From contig CAVYVD010000002.1 in the NCBI GenBank assembly GCA_963771915.1, positions 506,511-570,510 of the forward strand: a stretch of DNA of 64,000 nt, in the 5' to 3' direction. Numbering within the stretch: position 1 is the first letter of the stretch; each line of letters begins with the position of its first letter. Origin of the DNA: an uncultured Solirubrobacterales bacterium (lineage in GTDB: Bacteria > Actinomycetota > Thermoleophilia > Solirubrobacterales > Solirubrobacteraceae). The notes below the pieces were generated by a model, which was not told the DNA's origin, did not search any database, and saw nothing but the letters and a program-made list of their open reading frames with translations. Below, piece after piece: positions 12,203 through 22,081 of this stretch. The translations under genes were made by a program, and so were the position numbers.

Positions 12203-13382
12203 TCTCAACGAGTCCTGCGGCGGCATCCGCTGAGTCATGAAGGGCACACCACGCGGCCAGCTCCCGCGCGCGGGCATGGATCGAGGGGTCTTCGAGCGCC
12301 CGCTCGACGGCGAGGCGCAGGGGCCGGGGGGCGATGAAGCGGCGGGGGATGCGCACTCCCGCGCCGGCCCAATCGAGGCGGGCGGCGTTCTCGCTCATGT
12401 CGCCGACGACGGGGCAGGCGACGACGGCGCAGCCGCTGGAGAGCGCGCGAGCGAGGGTGCCGTGGCCGGCGTGGCAGACGACGACCTCGCAGCGGGGCAT
12501 GGTGCGCGCGTAGGAGAGCCACTCGACGACACGGGCGTTGGATGGGACCGGCAGCGGGCGGGATGGAAGACGGCGGTTCCAGGTGGCGAGCACGCGCACG
12601 GGGGCGTCGGCGAGGCCGCGCAAGGCGGCTCCCAGCAGGCGGTGCTCGGGGTCCTGGGCGGTGGAGGGGGCAATCAGCACCAGGGGGTCATCGCCGGGTG
12701 GAAGCTCGACATCGGCGGTGGGGGGCTCCCACATCAGGGGGCCCACTACGTGTGTGTGCGAGGGCCACACGCGGGGGTACTCGAGCTGGGGGAAGGTCCC
12801 CACGAGCGCGAGCTGGCGGCTCGTGCCGCCGTGGACGTGGGCCAGCGGCTTCAGGCCCACCCGCTCGCGGACTGAGTTCAGGTCCCGCCGTCCGCGCTCC
12901 AGGCCGTTCTCGACGGGGCGCGTGGCGCGCCGCCAGAAGGCGCGCCCGAGCGCGCCGCGGGGCAGGCGGGCTCCGATCGAGTAGATCGGGGCGCCGTCGG
13001 GCGGTTGGGGGTGGACATGGGGGATCAGCGTCGCCCACGGGATGCCCTGCAGCTCCGCGGCGAGCGCGGGGGCGAGCGTGAGGATGTCCGCGACCACCGC
13101 CTCCGGTTCCAGCTCGCGCACGAGGGGGAGCGTGTCGCGCGTGGCGTGCACCACCGCCTCGTAGAAGTCCAGGGGCTTGGAGCCCACCCCCCCGTTTGGG
13201 AAGACGTGATACTCGGGAGCGGGGGCGAAGCGCAGACCCTCCGCCTCGATGTCCCCGCGCCAGCGCCCCCACGTCTGCAACGTCACGTCGTGCCCGCGCG
13301 CTGCCAGGCCGCGCCCGAGCGCGATCATCGGGAAGGCGTGGCCGGGGTCCCCGAAGGCGCCCAGGAGGATCCGCCGCGTCAC
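12141..13382 (-). CDS. GT1/MGT-family glycosyltransferase
   Basis: GDPGHAFP N-term motif; VVVCHAGHGT, GDMSENAARL. Confidence 0.9.
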   Translation of the reverse strand: MTRRILLGAFGDPGHAFPMIALGRGLAARGHDVTLQTWGRWRGDIEAEGLRFAPAPEYHVFPNGGVGSKPLDFYEAVVHATRDTLPLVRELEPEAVVADILTLAPALAAELQGIPWATLIPHVHPQPPDGAPIYSIGARLPRGALGRAFWRRATRPVENGLERGRRDLNSVRERVGLKPLAHVHGGTSRQLALVGTFPQLEYPRVWPSHTHVVGPLMWEPPTADVELPPGDDPLVLIAPSTAQDPEHRLLGAALRGLADAPVRVLATWNRRLPSRPLPVPSNARVVEWLSYARTMPRCEVVVCHAGHGTLARALSSGCAVVACPVVGDMSENAARLDWAGAGVRIPRRFIAPRPLRLAVERALEDPSIHARARELAAWCALHDSADAAAGLVETLGVGLEPTTSRLTAEHSAN

Positions 13383-14416
13383 GCGGCGGCGAGCTCCGCC
13401 ACCAGGCGCAGCTGCGTGAGGCGCTCCTCGGCGGTGAACGCGAGCGGGGTGATCCCGAGCGTGCCCACGCCGGCATCGCGGTAGATGGCGAGACGCTCGC
13501 GCACCACGTCCGGGGGGCCGCAGAGGGAGACGGCGTCGATCAGCTTCTCGGGGATCGCCGCCATCGCCTCCTCGCGCTTGCCCTCCAGGTAGAGGTCCTG
13601 GATCGTCTTGGCCTCCGCCTCGAAGCCGTAGCGCTGCACGAGGTTGTTGTAGAAGTTCTGCTTGCGCGAGCCCATCCCGCCGACGTAGAGCGCGATGAAG
13701 GGCCGCGTCGCGTTGCGCGCCGCCTCCAGGTCATCGGTGACGAAGGCGTTGACGGTGGGGGCGATGTCAAAGCCATCCAGCGAGCGCGCCGCGCGCGCGG
13801 CGCCCTCCTCCAGCAGCGGGCGCAGCTCGGAGACGTGCTCGGGAGAGAACAGCGTGGGGATCCACCCGTCCGCGATCTCGCCCGCCAGCGCCGTGTTCTT
13901 CGGGCCGATCGCCGCGAGGTAGATCGGGATGTGCTCCTGCACCGGGCTGATCGTGAGCTTCAGCGCCTTGCCGGGGCCGTCGGGGAGCGGCAGATCGAGG
14001 GTCTCGCCGTGGAACTCCACGCGCTCGCGCGCCAGCGCCATCCGCACCACGGCCACGTACTCGCGCGTGCGCTGCAGCTGCTTGGCGAAGCGCTGCCCGT
14101 GCCAGCCCTCCGCGACCTGGGGGCCGGAGGAGCCGATCCCGAGGATCATTCGCCCGCCGGAGAGCTGGTCGATCGTGGCGGCCGTCATCGCGGTCATCGC
14201 GGCCGAGCGCCCCGGCATCTGGAAGATCCCCGCGCCGAGGCGGATCTTGGAGGTCTGCCCCGCCAGCCACGCCAGCACCGTGGCGGTGTCCGAGCCGTAG
14301 GCCTCCGCCGCCCACACCGAGTCATAGCCCAGCCGCTCGGCCTCCTGGACGATGCGCAGCTGGTCCTCCGAGGTGAGGCCGAGGCCCCAGTAGCCGATGT
14401 GGACTCCGAGCTTCAT
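13379..14416 (-). CDS. LLM-class F420-dependent oxidoreductase
   Basis: AERLGYDSVWAAEAYGSD, LGIGSSGPQVAEGWHG, IYLAAIGPKN, YVGGMG. Confidence 0.92.
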   Translation of the reverse strand: MKLGVHIGYWGLGLTSEDQLRIVQEAERLGYDSVWAAEAYGSDTATVLAWLAGQTSKIRLGAGIFQMPGRSAAMTAMTAATIDQLSGGRMILGIGSSGPQVAEGWHGQRFAKQLQRTREYVAVVRMALARERVEFHGETLDLPLPDGPGKALKLTISPVQEHIPIYLAAIGPKNTALAGEIADGWIPTLFSPEHVSELRPLLEEGAARAARSLDGFDIAPTVNAFVTDDLEAARNATRPFIALYVGGMGSRKQNFYNNLVQRYGFEAEAKTIQDLYLEGKREEAMAAIPEKLIDAVSLCGPPDVVRERLAIYRDAGVGTLGITPLAFTAEERLTQLRLVAELAAA

Positions 14417-14527
14417 GCGCAAGTTTCCTTTCAGCGGAAGGGATCTCTTTGCGGTGTGCGACCCCATCTCCTACGCTCTGGGGACCGCCCCGTCCGGAAC
14501 CATCGCGGCCGCCGGCGGACACAGACT

Positions 14528-15040
14528 ATGCCAACCGTGTACTCCCGCAACCCGCCCAGCGCGCGCTCCCGCAGGGCCCAGCCGATCGAGGAGCTGCGTC
14601 TCGCGGTCGAGTGCCTGCCGGTGAGGACCCGCGAGGCGATGCTCGAGGGGGTGCTCTGCAGCCCGCGCATCATCGTCGGCGCCTACACCGACCGCGAGGG
14701 CGGGGTGTGCCCGATGCTGGCCGCCCACCGCCGCGGTGGGCGCACCAACTTCCTCTCCTTCGCCCGCTCCTGGGATCGCTTCACGCACGCCCGGCGGCGG
14801 CGCAGAGCCACCAGGCACGAGCTCGCGGTCCTCGTCGGCCTCCTGCGCGCGAGTCTGATGGATGAGGATGGCGAGCGCGTCGATCTCGCCCGCGCGATCG
14901 ACGAGCACAGCGAGCTGCTCGCGCGCCACCGGCGTGCATGCACCGCTGATCCGAGCGGCGATCCCAGCGGCGAAATCGTCGCCCGCCGCCTCCGCGCCCC
15001 GCGCTGGCTGGGGCGCCGCCGCGAGCGCATCTCGGCGTAG
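14528..15040 (+). CDS. Hypothetical protein
   Basis: ATG 14528, divergent from the LLM gene; globular-looking IIVGAYTDREGGVCPMLAAHRRGGRT. Confidence 0.7.
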   Translation: MPTVYSRNPPSARSRRAQPIEELRLAVECLPVRTREAMLEGVLCSPRIIVGAYTDREGGVCPMLAAHRRGGRTNFLSFARSWDRFTHARRRRRATRHELAVLVGLLRASLMDEDGERVDLARAIDEHSELLARHRRACTADPSGDPSGEIVARRLRAPRWLGRRRERISA

Positions 15041-15105
15041 AGGCAGATCCGGGCGTCCCGGGGCACCCCGCGGCACGACACATATCGCCGAGGGGTGCAG
15101 ACGCG

Positions 15106-15828
15106 CTAGAACATATCCCCGGGTCGGATGAACATCATCTCCGGGACGATGCACGCGGGGGAGACCCGGAGCAGGTAGCGGACCGCCTCGGCGATGTCCT
15201 CGGGACGGATCATCTCCTCCGCCTTGACCTGGCCCTTGACGTAGTCGGTCATCGGGGTGTCCACGAAGGCGGGGCATAGCGCTGTGGACTTGATGCCCTG
15301 CTGGCCGAGCTCGATGTGCATCGACCTTGTCCAACCGACCACCCCGTGCTTGGTGGCCGAGTACACCGAGGTCCACGCCGCCCCGTGCTTACCGGCGATC
15401 GAGGCGGTGTTGACGACCAGCGCGTTGCGGTGCTCGGCCCCGGCCGCCCGCAGCAACTCCAAGCACTCCCGGTAGAAAATCACGATCGCCCGCAGGTTGA
15501 TGTCGAGCTGCATGTCCAGGCGCTTGGTCTCGATGTCTCCCACCGGCGCCCCGATCCCGACCCCCGCGTTGTTCACGAGCACGTCCAGTCGCCCGTAGCG
15601 CTCGCGGTGGGCGCCCACCACCTTCCGGATCTCCTCCTCGTGGGAGACGTTGGCGGCCACCCCGTGCACGTCGAGGCCCTCCCCCTCGAGCTCGGCCACC
15701 GCGCCCTGAAGCTTCTCCGGGCGCCGCGCCGCCATCGTGACCCCATGCCCCTCCTGCCCCAGCACCCGCGCGATTGCGAGCCCGATCCCGCTCGAGGCCC
15801 CCGTGACGATCGCTGCCCGTTCCGCCAT
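15106..15828 (-). CDS. SDR family oxidoreductase
   Basis: TGASSGIG, NNAG, YSATK. Confidence 0.95.
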   Translation of the reverse strand: MAERAAIVTGASSGIGLAIARVLGQEGHGVTMAARRPEKLQGAVAELEGEGLDVHGVAANVSHEEEIRKVVGAHRERYGRLDVLVNNAGVGIGAPVGDIETKRLDMQLDINLRAIVIFYRECLELLRAAGAEHRNALVVNTASIAGKHGAAWTSVYSATKHGVVGWTRSMHIELGQQGIKSTALCPAFVDTPMTDYVKGQVKAEEMIRPEDIAEAVRYLLRVSPACIVPEMMFIRPGDMF

Positions 15829-15945
15829 CTGTGCGCCTTCCCTCGTGGTCGTTGACGGATGGAATCAAACCACCTGCCTCCATCGGCCGCCTCCCGGCAT
15901 CCCGCTGGTAGCGTCTGCCCCACCGCGCGCCCACCCGCGCGGAGC

Positions 15946-16019
15946 GGGCCCGTAGCTCAGCTGGTTAGAGCTGGCGACTCATAATCGCTAGGTCGCAGGT
16001 TCGAGTCCTGCCGGGCCCA
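15946..16019 (+). tRNA. tRNA with CAT anticodon, most likely tRNA-Ile2 (lysidine)
   Basis: GGGCCCG/CGGGCCC acceptor. The anticodon arm GGCGA-CTCATAA-TCGCT resembles bacterial Ile2 and lacks the initiator GGG/CCC pairs. Confidence 0.9.
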
Positions 16020-16321
16020 TTGCCCAATCTCTTGTAGTGGAGCCATTTCATGCGCTTGGGTGTTCTGCGAGACGGTTGGGTGGGCAACAGAATGGGCAAC
16101 ATGAGGTCCCGGGTGGTGTTGCCCACGCGCAAGGGGACGGCGCACCGACCCCTGTAGATCGTGGTTTGATAGAACAGATTAGGCCCATGCCGAGAGGGCC
16201 GCTCGAGGGTCAAGAGGAGGCCGCTTGTTTGACGGGTGGCGCACACGGGTAGCTCTCTTGAGGGTCCGCATGGACCACAGAGGGCGCGAGTGGCGAGAGG
16301 ATCCGTGCGGGCACCCAAGAG

Positions 16322-16948
16322 ATGGCGACGGGCGTGCACGCGAGCGCGCGGTTCGCCGCGACAAAGCAACGGAAGATGGCGATGGCACGCGAGGCCTTGG
16401 CGAGCACGGTTGCGGCGGTTCCCCCGGATGGGGACCGCACGCGCGAGACGGCGCTCGAGACCCCACCCCCGCCCGAGGGGCGCTCCACGGAGGCATCCTC
16501 CCCACAGACCAACGAGGAGGTGGTGGCTAGCCTGTTCGAGGCCTTCAGCCGCCGGGACCTGCAGAGCACCCTTGGGCTGGTGCACCCGGAGGTGGTCTTC
16601 CAGCCGATGACCGCGGCGGTGACGCGGGCCGGCGAGCCCTACCGCGGCCACGAGGGCATCCGCCGCTACGCGGAGGACGTCGAGCGCCACTGGGTGCAGT
16701 TGATCATCAGCCCCACGCAGATCCGCTCCGCGGGCCGGGCGGTGGTGGCGCTCGGCCTGGTCAGCGGCAGCGGCCCCGGAGGCTCGTTCGAGGACGCGCC
16801 AACCACGTGGGTCCTGAAGTTCAGGGATGGCCTGGTGGCCCACGCCCAGATCTTCTCCGACGAGCGCAACGTGGTGGACGCGCTGGCCGAAACGGGAACT
16901 CGCGCCGAAGGCGCGTGTCACCCGGCTTCGGTCGGCGAGGACGCCTGA
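16322..16948 (+). CDS. SnoaL-like / NTF2 family protein
   Basis: NEEVVASLFEAFSRRD, YRGHEGIRRY, KFRDGLV; start uncertain. Confidence 0.8.
   Translation: MATGVHASARFAATKQRKMAMAREALASTVAAVPPDGDRTRETALETPPPPEGRSTEASSPQTNEEVVASLFEAFSRRDLQSTLGLVHPEVVFQPMTAAVTRAGEPYRGHEGIRRYAEDVERHWVQLIISPTQIRSAGRAVVALGLVSGSGPGGSFEDAPTTWVLKFRDGLVAHAQIFSDERNVVDALAETGTRAEGACHPASVGEDA
16885..16933 (+). repeat. 45-bp palindromic coding element, copy 1 (in SnoaL gene 3' end)
   Basis: ggccgaaacgggaactcgcgccgaaggcgcgtgtcacccggcttcggtc. Confidence 0.8.
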
Positions 16949-16994
16949 GCCTGGCCGCCGGGGAGCCCTCCGCCGGGGGGAATACGCTCAGAGG

Positions 16995-18577
16995 ATGCAC
17001 TCGAGCGAGCGGTTCGCCGTGATGGATCTGGGCTCGAACTCGTTCCGCCTCGTGGTGTTCACCGCGGCGCGGGGGTGGTGGCAGCGCACGGACGAGATCT
17101 ACCAGGTGGTGCGGATCGGCGAGGGGATGGCGGCTACGGGCAGGCTGGGGGAGGAGCCGATGCGCCGGGCGCTGGCGACGCTGGACGTGTTCAGCCACTT
17201 CTGTCGCGCGGCGGGGCTGCTGGGAGAGGAGGGGGAGGGGAGGGGGGCGGTCGACGCGGTGGCCACCAGCGCGATCCGCGACGCGGAGAACGCGGAGGCG
17301 TTCCTCGCTCAGGCGCGGGAGCGCACGAACCTGCCGATCCGCGTGCTCAGCCGCAAGCAGGAGGCGCGTTATGGGTACCTGGCGGCGGTCAACTCCACGA
17401 CCCTGAGCGAGGGCTGCGTGCTGGATCTGGGCGGCGGCTCGCTGCAGCTGGTGGGAGTCGAGGATCGACTCCCAGGGGAGTGCGGCTCGTGGCGGCTGGG
17501 GGCGGTGCGCATGACCGAGCGCTTCCTCCCCGGCGAGGGCCCGGCGAAGCGGGGGCAGCTGCAGGAGCTGCGCGAGCACGTCGCGGAGGAGCTGGGGAGC
17601 GCGGGGTGGCTGGCGCGGACCGGGAGGCGCCTGGTGGGAATCGGGGGTACGGTGCGCAGCCTCGCCGCGGTGGCCCAGCGGGCGGAGGGGCTGCCGAGCA
17701 ACGGCGTGCAGGGGATGGTCGTGAAGCGGGAGGTGCTGGAGGAGGTCGTCACGCGACTGGCGGCTCTGCCAGCGGCGCAGCGCAGCGGCATCCCGGGGGT
17801 CAAGCCGGCGAGAGCGGACCTGATCCTGGCGGGGGCGGTGGTCATCGAGGGAGCTCTGAGGGCCGGCGGCTTCGAGGCGCTGGAGGCGACCGAGGCGGGC
17901 CTACGCGAGGGGGTCTTCTTCGAGCGCCACCTCGCGGCGGGTAACCCCCTGCGCCCAGGCCCCGCGGGCGTCGCGGCGGGGAGCAGGTCGCGCTGTTCAA
18001 GGACGTGCGCAGGGCCTCGGTGCTGAACCTCGCGGCCCGCTACAACGTGGATCGGGCCCACACAAGCCACGTGGCGACGCTCGCGCTCGGCATGTTCGAC
18101 CAGCTCGCGCGCCTCGGCCTGCACAAGGGGAGCGCGCGCGAGCGCGAGTTGCTGTGGGCGGCGTGCATGCTGCACGACATTGGGATGTCGGTGGACTACG
18201 ACGACCACCACAAGCACTCGCGCTACCTGATCCTGAGCGCGGGCCTCCCGGGCTTCTCGGCGACCGAGGTGGCGATCATCGCGCAGGCGGCGCGATACCA
18301 CCGCAAGGGGATGCCCGAGGCGGGTCCGCTCGCCCCGCTGTTCGGGGAGGGCGACGCCGCCCGCCTGGACCGCTGCGCGGTGCTGCTGCGTCTCGCGGAG
18401 GACCTGGAGCGCCCCCGCGATCAGCTGGTTCGCGACACGATCCTGAGCGCCCGCAACGGCGAGGTGCAGCTGCGGCTGGTGGCGCGGGGCGCGGCGGCGG
18501 TGCCGCGCTGGGCGGCGGGGCGGGAGAGCGAGCTGTTCGCGCGCGCCTTCCACCGCGAGCTGGCGGTGGTGGCGTAG
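16995..18577 (+). CDS. ppx: Ppx/GppA exopolyphosphatase; frameshift ~17945-17985
   Basis: DLGSNSFRL, ATSAIRDA, DLGGGS, GIGGT, GLREG; HD domain LHDIG in ORF 18005..18577. Confidence 0.9.
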
Positions 18578-18625
18578 GGGTTCTGGACCCCCAGCCCCCC
18601 GGTGACGCCTCGGAATCCGGGGTCC

Positions 18626-20807
18626 TCAGGCGGCGGCCGCGAGCTTGCGTTCGTCCCCGGCGCAGTCGTAGAGGACGAGGCTGTAGATCGAGTAGCGGCG
18701 GAAGTGCAGCCACGCTTCGTTGGGGATCTCGCGGCAGGCGCGGATCACGGCTTTGGTGGCGAGGTTGCCGCCGCGGCTGGAGTAGGCGCCACCGAGCACC
18801 ACGTAGCGGGCTTCGCGGCGGGAGACCATGCGCGCGAGCTGGGAGCCGTCGATGGCGGGGTCGGTGCCGCTGTAGCCCCCGAGTGCCCCGGCGCGCCCGC
18901 CGAGCAGGATGACCGTGGCGGAGGTGTTGGAGGAGACGGTGAGCAGTTCCCAGCGCCTGGTGGGGTGGTGGGCGTCGATGTAGCGCATCAGGTCGCGGTC
19001 GACTTTGATGTCGTGCGCGGTGACCCCGTAGGGCCCCAGGGAGCCGGCCACGCGTGGTCCGGCGGCGGGAAAGGTGCCCTCGACCGGCACCGACCAGGTG
19101 GTCGCCGCGTAGATGGTGGGCGCGAGCGTGAGCACGAGCAGGGTGAGGACGATCGCGGGCGCCGCGAGGCGCCGCACCGCGAGCGCGGCGAGGACCGCGA
19201 GGGCCGGCGGCGGCGGCGATCACGAGCGGGGTGTAGTACCAGTGCAGGTAGTGCGCGCGGTCCAGCAGGACGAGCTGCGCGGCGACGGTGCCGGCGATCG
19301 CAAGCGGCGCCATAGGAGGAGCCAGTTGCGCCGCCGCCCGATCGGCGCTCCGCTGGCGGAGCGCCCGGCGAACACAGCGACGCCGGCGCCTACCATCGCG
19401 GCGGTGCCGGGGCCGAGCGCGGAGACGTAGTAGGGGTGCACGATGCCCTTGGAGAGGCTGAGGATGAGCGCCTCGGCGGAGAACCAGCCGCCGAGCACGA
19501 TCAGCCCGGCCTGTGCGGGGGTCGCGGCGAATGCGCCCGTACCTCGAGCCGCGTGTGGACGTCGGTGTGTCGGCGGGCGTCCCGGCGGCGGCATCCGGTG
19601 CCGAGCGCCCGCGGCGCAATCAGGATGGCGAGCGCGAGCACGAGCATCCCGAGCAGTGCGAAGGGCAGCATCCAGCCGCCCTGGTCGCCGAGACCGGCCT
19701 CGAACAGGCGCAGCGGCCCGGGGGGACGCCGAAGGGGGTGGGGTTCGAGTAGTGCCCGTCGGGGAGGATGAGGTTGGGGACGTGCTTGGGCGCGGCGGTG
19801 CGTTTGGCGCTGAGGAGGGTGGCGTGCCGTGCGGAAACGGCGCGACCGCGCCGAGGTGCACGAAGATCTGCCCGGGCCCCCCGATCTGACCTTCGACGCG
19901 GCCGAAGCCGTTGTAGCCGAAGGTGAGGTCCATCTCGGTGTTGTTCGTGGACCCCCCCACGTAGGGGCGCTGGGAGGCGGGGGTCGAGTTCGACGAGGAT
20001 GGTCCACGAGAAGGCGACGGCGCCGAGCAGCACCCCGGCGGCGAGCAGCTTGAGCACGCGGCGCGGCAGCGTCCCGGGCGCGCAGAGAAGGTAGGCCAGG
20101 GCGATCCCGGGGATCACCGAGCAGGCGGCGAGCGTCTTGGCGTTGAACGCGAGTCCCACCAGCGCCGCGGATCCGAACAGCGCGGGCCAGCTCCCGGTGC
20201 GGATCGCGCGCAGCGCGGCGCCGCAGGCGAGCAGCATCAGCAGGATCAGGACGGGGTCCACGCCGTTGTCGCGGGAGACCGCCACGAACGAGGGGAAGAC
20301 CGCGAGCGTGAGCGCGCCGGCGAGCGCGGCGAGCCGGCCGAAGGGCCGGCGCATCACCGCGTAGAGCACCGCCACCGTGATCACCCCGACGATCGCCTCG
20401 GGCAGCAGCAGGCTGAGGGGGGAGAAGCCGAAGAGCTTGGCGCTCACCACCTGCACCCACAGCGCGAGGGGGGGCTTGTCGATCGTGACGAGCCCCCCGG
20501 GGTCGAAGGAGATGAAGAGGAAGTTGTGGAAGGAGCCGAGCATCGACTTGACCCCGGCGGAGTAGAAGACGTTGGCGTAGCCGTTCTGGGCGAGCCGGTG
20601 GGTGCCGAGCACCGTGGAGAGCGCGAGCACCAGCGCCAGCGCCCGCGAGTCGCGCAAGCTGGGCGCCCGCCGGGCGGCGTCTGCGCTGTCGCATGCACCT
20701 GCGTGGCGCGGGCGCCCCACGCGCTGTCTAGTCCGAACCGCCCGGCCCGTCGGCGGGGGGCTCGGGGAGAGGGGGGCGGTGGCGGGCGTCTGGTGGGGAG
20801 CGCTCAT
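18626..20807 (-). pseudogene. GT39/ArnT-like membrane glycosyltransferase with multiple frameshifts (decay or sequencing error)
   Basis: YANVFYSAGVKSM, IDKPPLALW, SRDNGVD, FNAKTL, FGYNGFGR, HPYYVSALGP and LGGYSGTDP occur in alternating frames. Confidence 0.8.
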
Positions 20808-21911
20808 CGGCTGGGTGCTCTCCAGCAGCCGCGCGAGGTCCCGCTCGTCGTTCCACGCTCCTACGGAGGCGCGCAGCCAGGGGCGCCCGGGGATGTCGCG
20901 CAGGAGGACTCCGCGCGCGGCCAGGCGCTCGCGCTCGGCGGGGGGGTCGGGGCTGGAGAAGGAGACGAGCGGGGTCTGCGCGGGATGGGCGGGCCCGCCC
21001 GCCTCCGCTCGGCCGGCGAGCACGCGACCGCGAGCGGCGAGCTGCTCGGCCAACTCCGCGGCGAGCAGCCGGGCGCGCTCGTGCAGGGCGGCCCAGCCGG
21101 CGCGCTCGAGCACCTCGAAGGCGGAGAGCGCGCAGGCGACGGTCTCGGCGTTCAGCGAGAGGGTGTCCAGGCGGCGGGAGTCCTGGTGCAGGGTGGCCTC
21201 AAGGCCGGCGCCGGGGTCGGCGAGGTTGGCGTAGCCGCGGCGGGTCACCGCGAGCCGCTCGCGAAACTCGGGAGCCACGTAGAGCATGCCGGTGCCGTCG
21301 GGCCCGCACAGCCACTTCTGGCCGGGGCCGGCGTAGGCGGCGCAGCGCAGGGCGCGCACGTCGGTGGGGATGGCCCCCACCCCCTGGGCGCCGTCGAGCA
21401 GCACGGGCACCCCCACATCGGCGAGCTCGGCGGGAGCGGGATGCCCGCTCATCCAGCTCACGTGCGAGCAGGCCACCAGGCGCGTGCGGGGGCCGACGGC
21501 GGCGGGCACCCGCGACCAGGGGGAGGTGCGGATCTCAACTCCGCGCAGCTCGCGCGCGGCGATCAGCGAGCCGAGCAGCCCGGGGTGCTCCTCGTCGCTC
21601 GTGAGGATCTCATCGCCGGGGCCGAGGCGCAGGCCCTCGATCGCCAGCGCGAGGCCCTCGCTGGTGCAGGTGGTGAGCGCGACGTCCTCCGCGGCGCACC
21701 CGAGAACGGAGGCGTAGGCGGTGCGCAGCAGGCGGTTCAGCTCCCCGCGGCGCTCGAAGTGATCGTGCGAGCGGCCCGCCCGGGCCTCGCGCTCCAGCTC
21801 CTGCGCGGCGGCCTGGGCGGCGGCGGCGGGCAGGGGCCCGTCGGTGCCGGCGTTGAGGTAGGCGAGGCCGCTCAGGACCGGAAACTGCGCTCGCAGAGCG
21901 GGGGCGTCCAC
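20808..21911 (-). CDS. Aminotransferase class V PLP enzyme (reads in frame into the GT39 gene)
   Basis: YLNAGTDGP, SDEEHPG, SHVSW, DGAQGVG, GPGQKWLCGPDGTG. Confidence 0.88.
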
Positions 21912-21960
21912 AGGCGGGGAGGATAATCCGCGCGGATGTCCGCGGGCTGACATACTGGGG

Positions 21961-21995
21961 TTTCAGCTTATACGAATCCAGGGTATGAGCTGAAA
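21961..21995. promoter_or_regulatory. AT-rich inverted repeat in a divergent intergenic region (candidate operator)
   Basis: TTTCAGCTTATAC-N9-GTATGAGCTGAAA, 12/13 match. Confidence 0.55.
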
Positions 21996-22081
21996 AAGCA
22001 AGGTGGCGCGGACGGCTGGGGCTCTCCGCGCGCAGGCGCGCAGGAGCGGCGGAGGGTGCGAGGGGGGGAGGGAGAGTCGCG

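Noticed and set aside
13196-14527. 614-aa ORF 13196..15040
   Set aside because: Only the part from ATG 14528 looks genuine; the rest is antisense to the LLM gene
15946-16019. Initiator tRNA-Met call
   Set aside because: Paired 1:72 position and no GGG/CCC anticodon stem; Ile2 favoured, elongator Met not fully excluded
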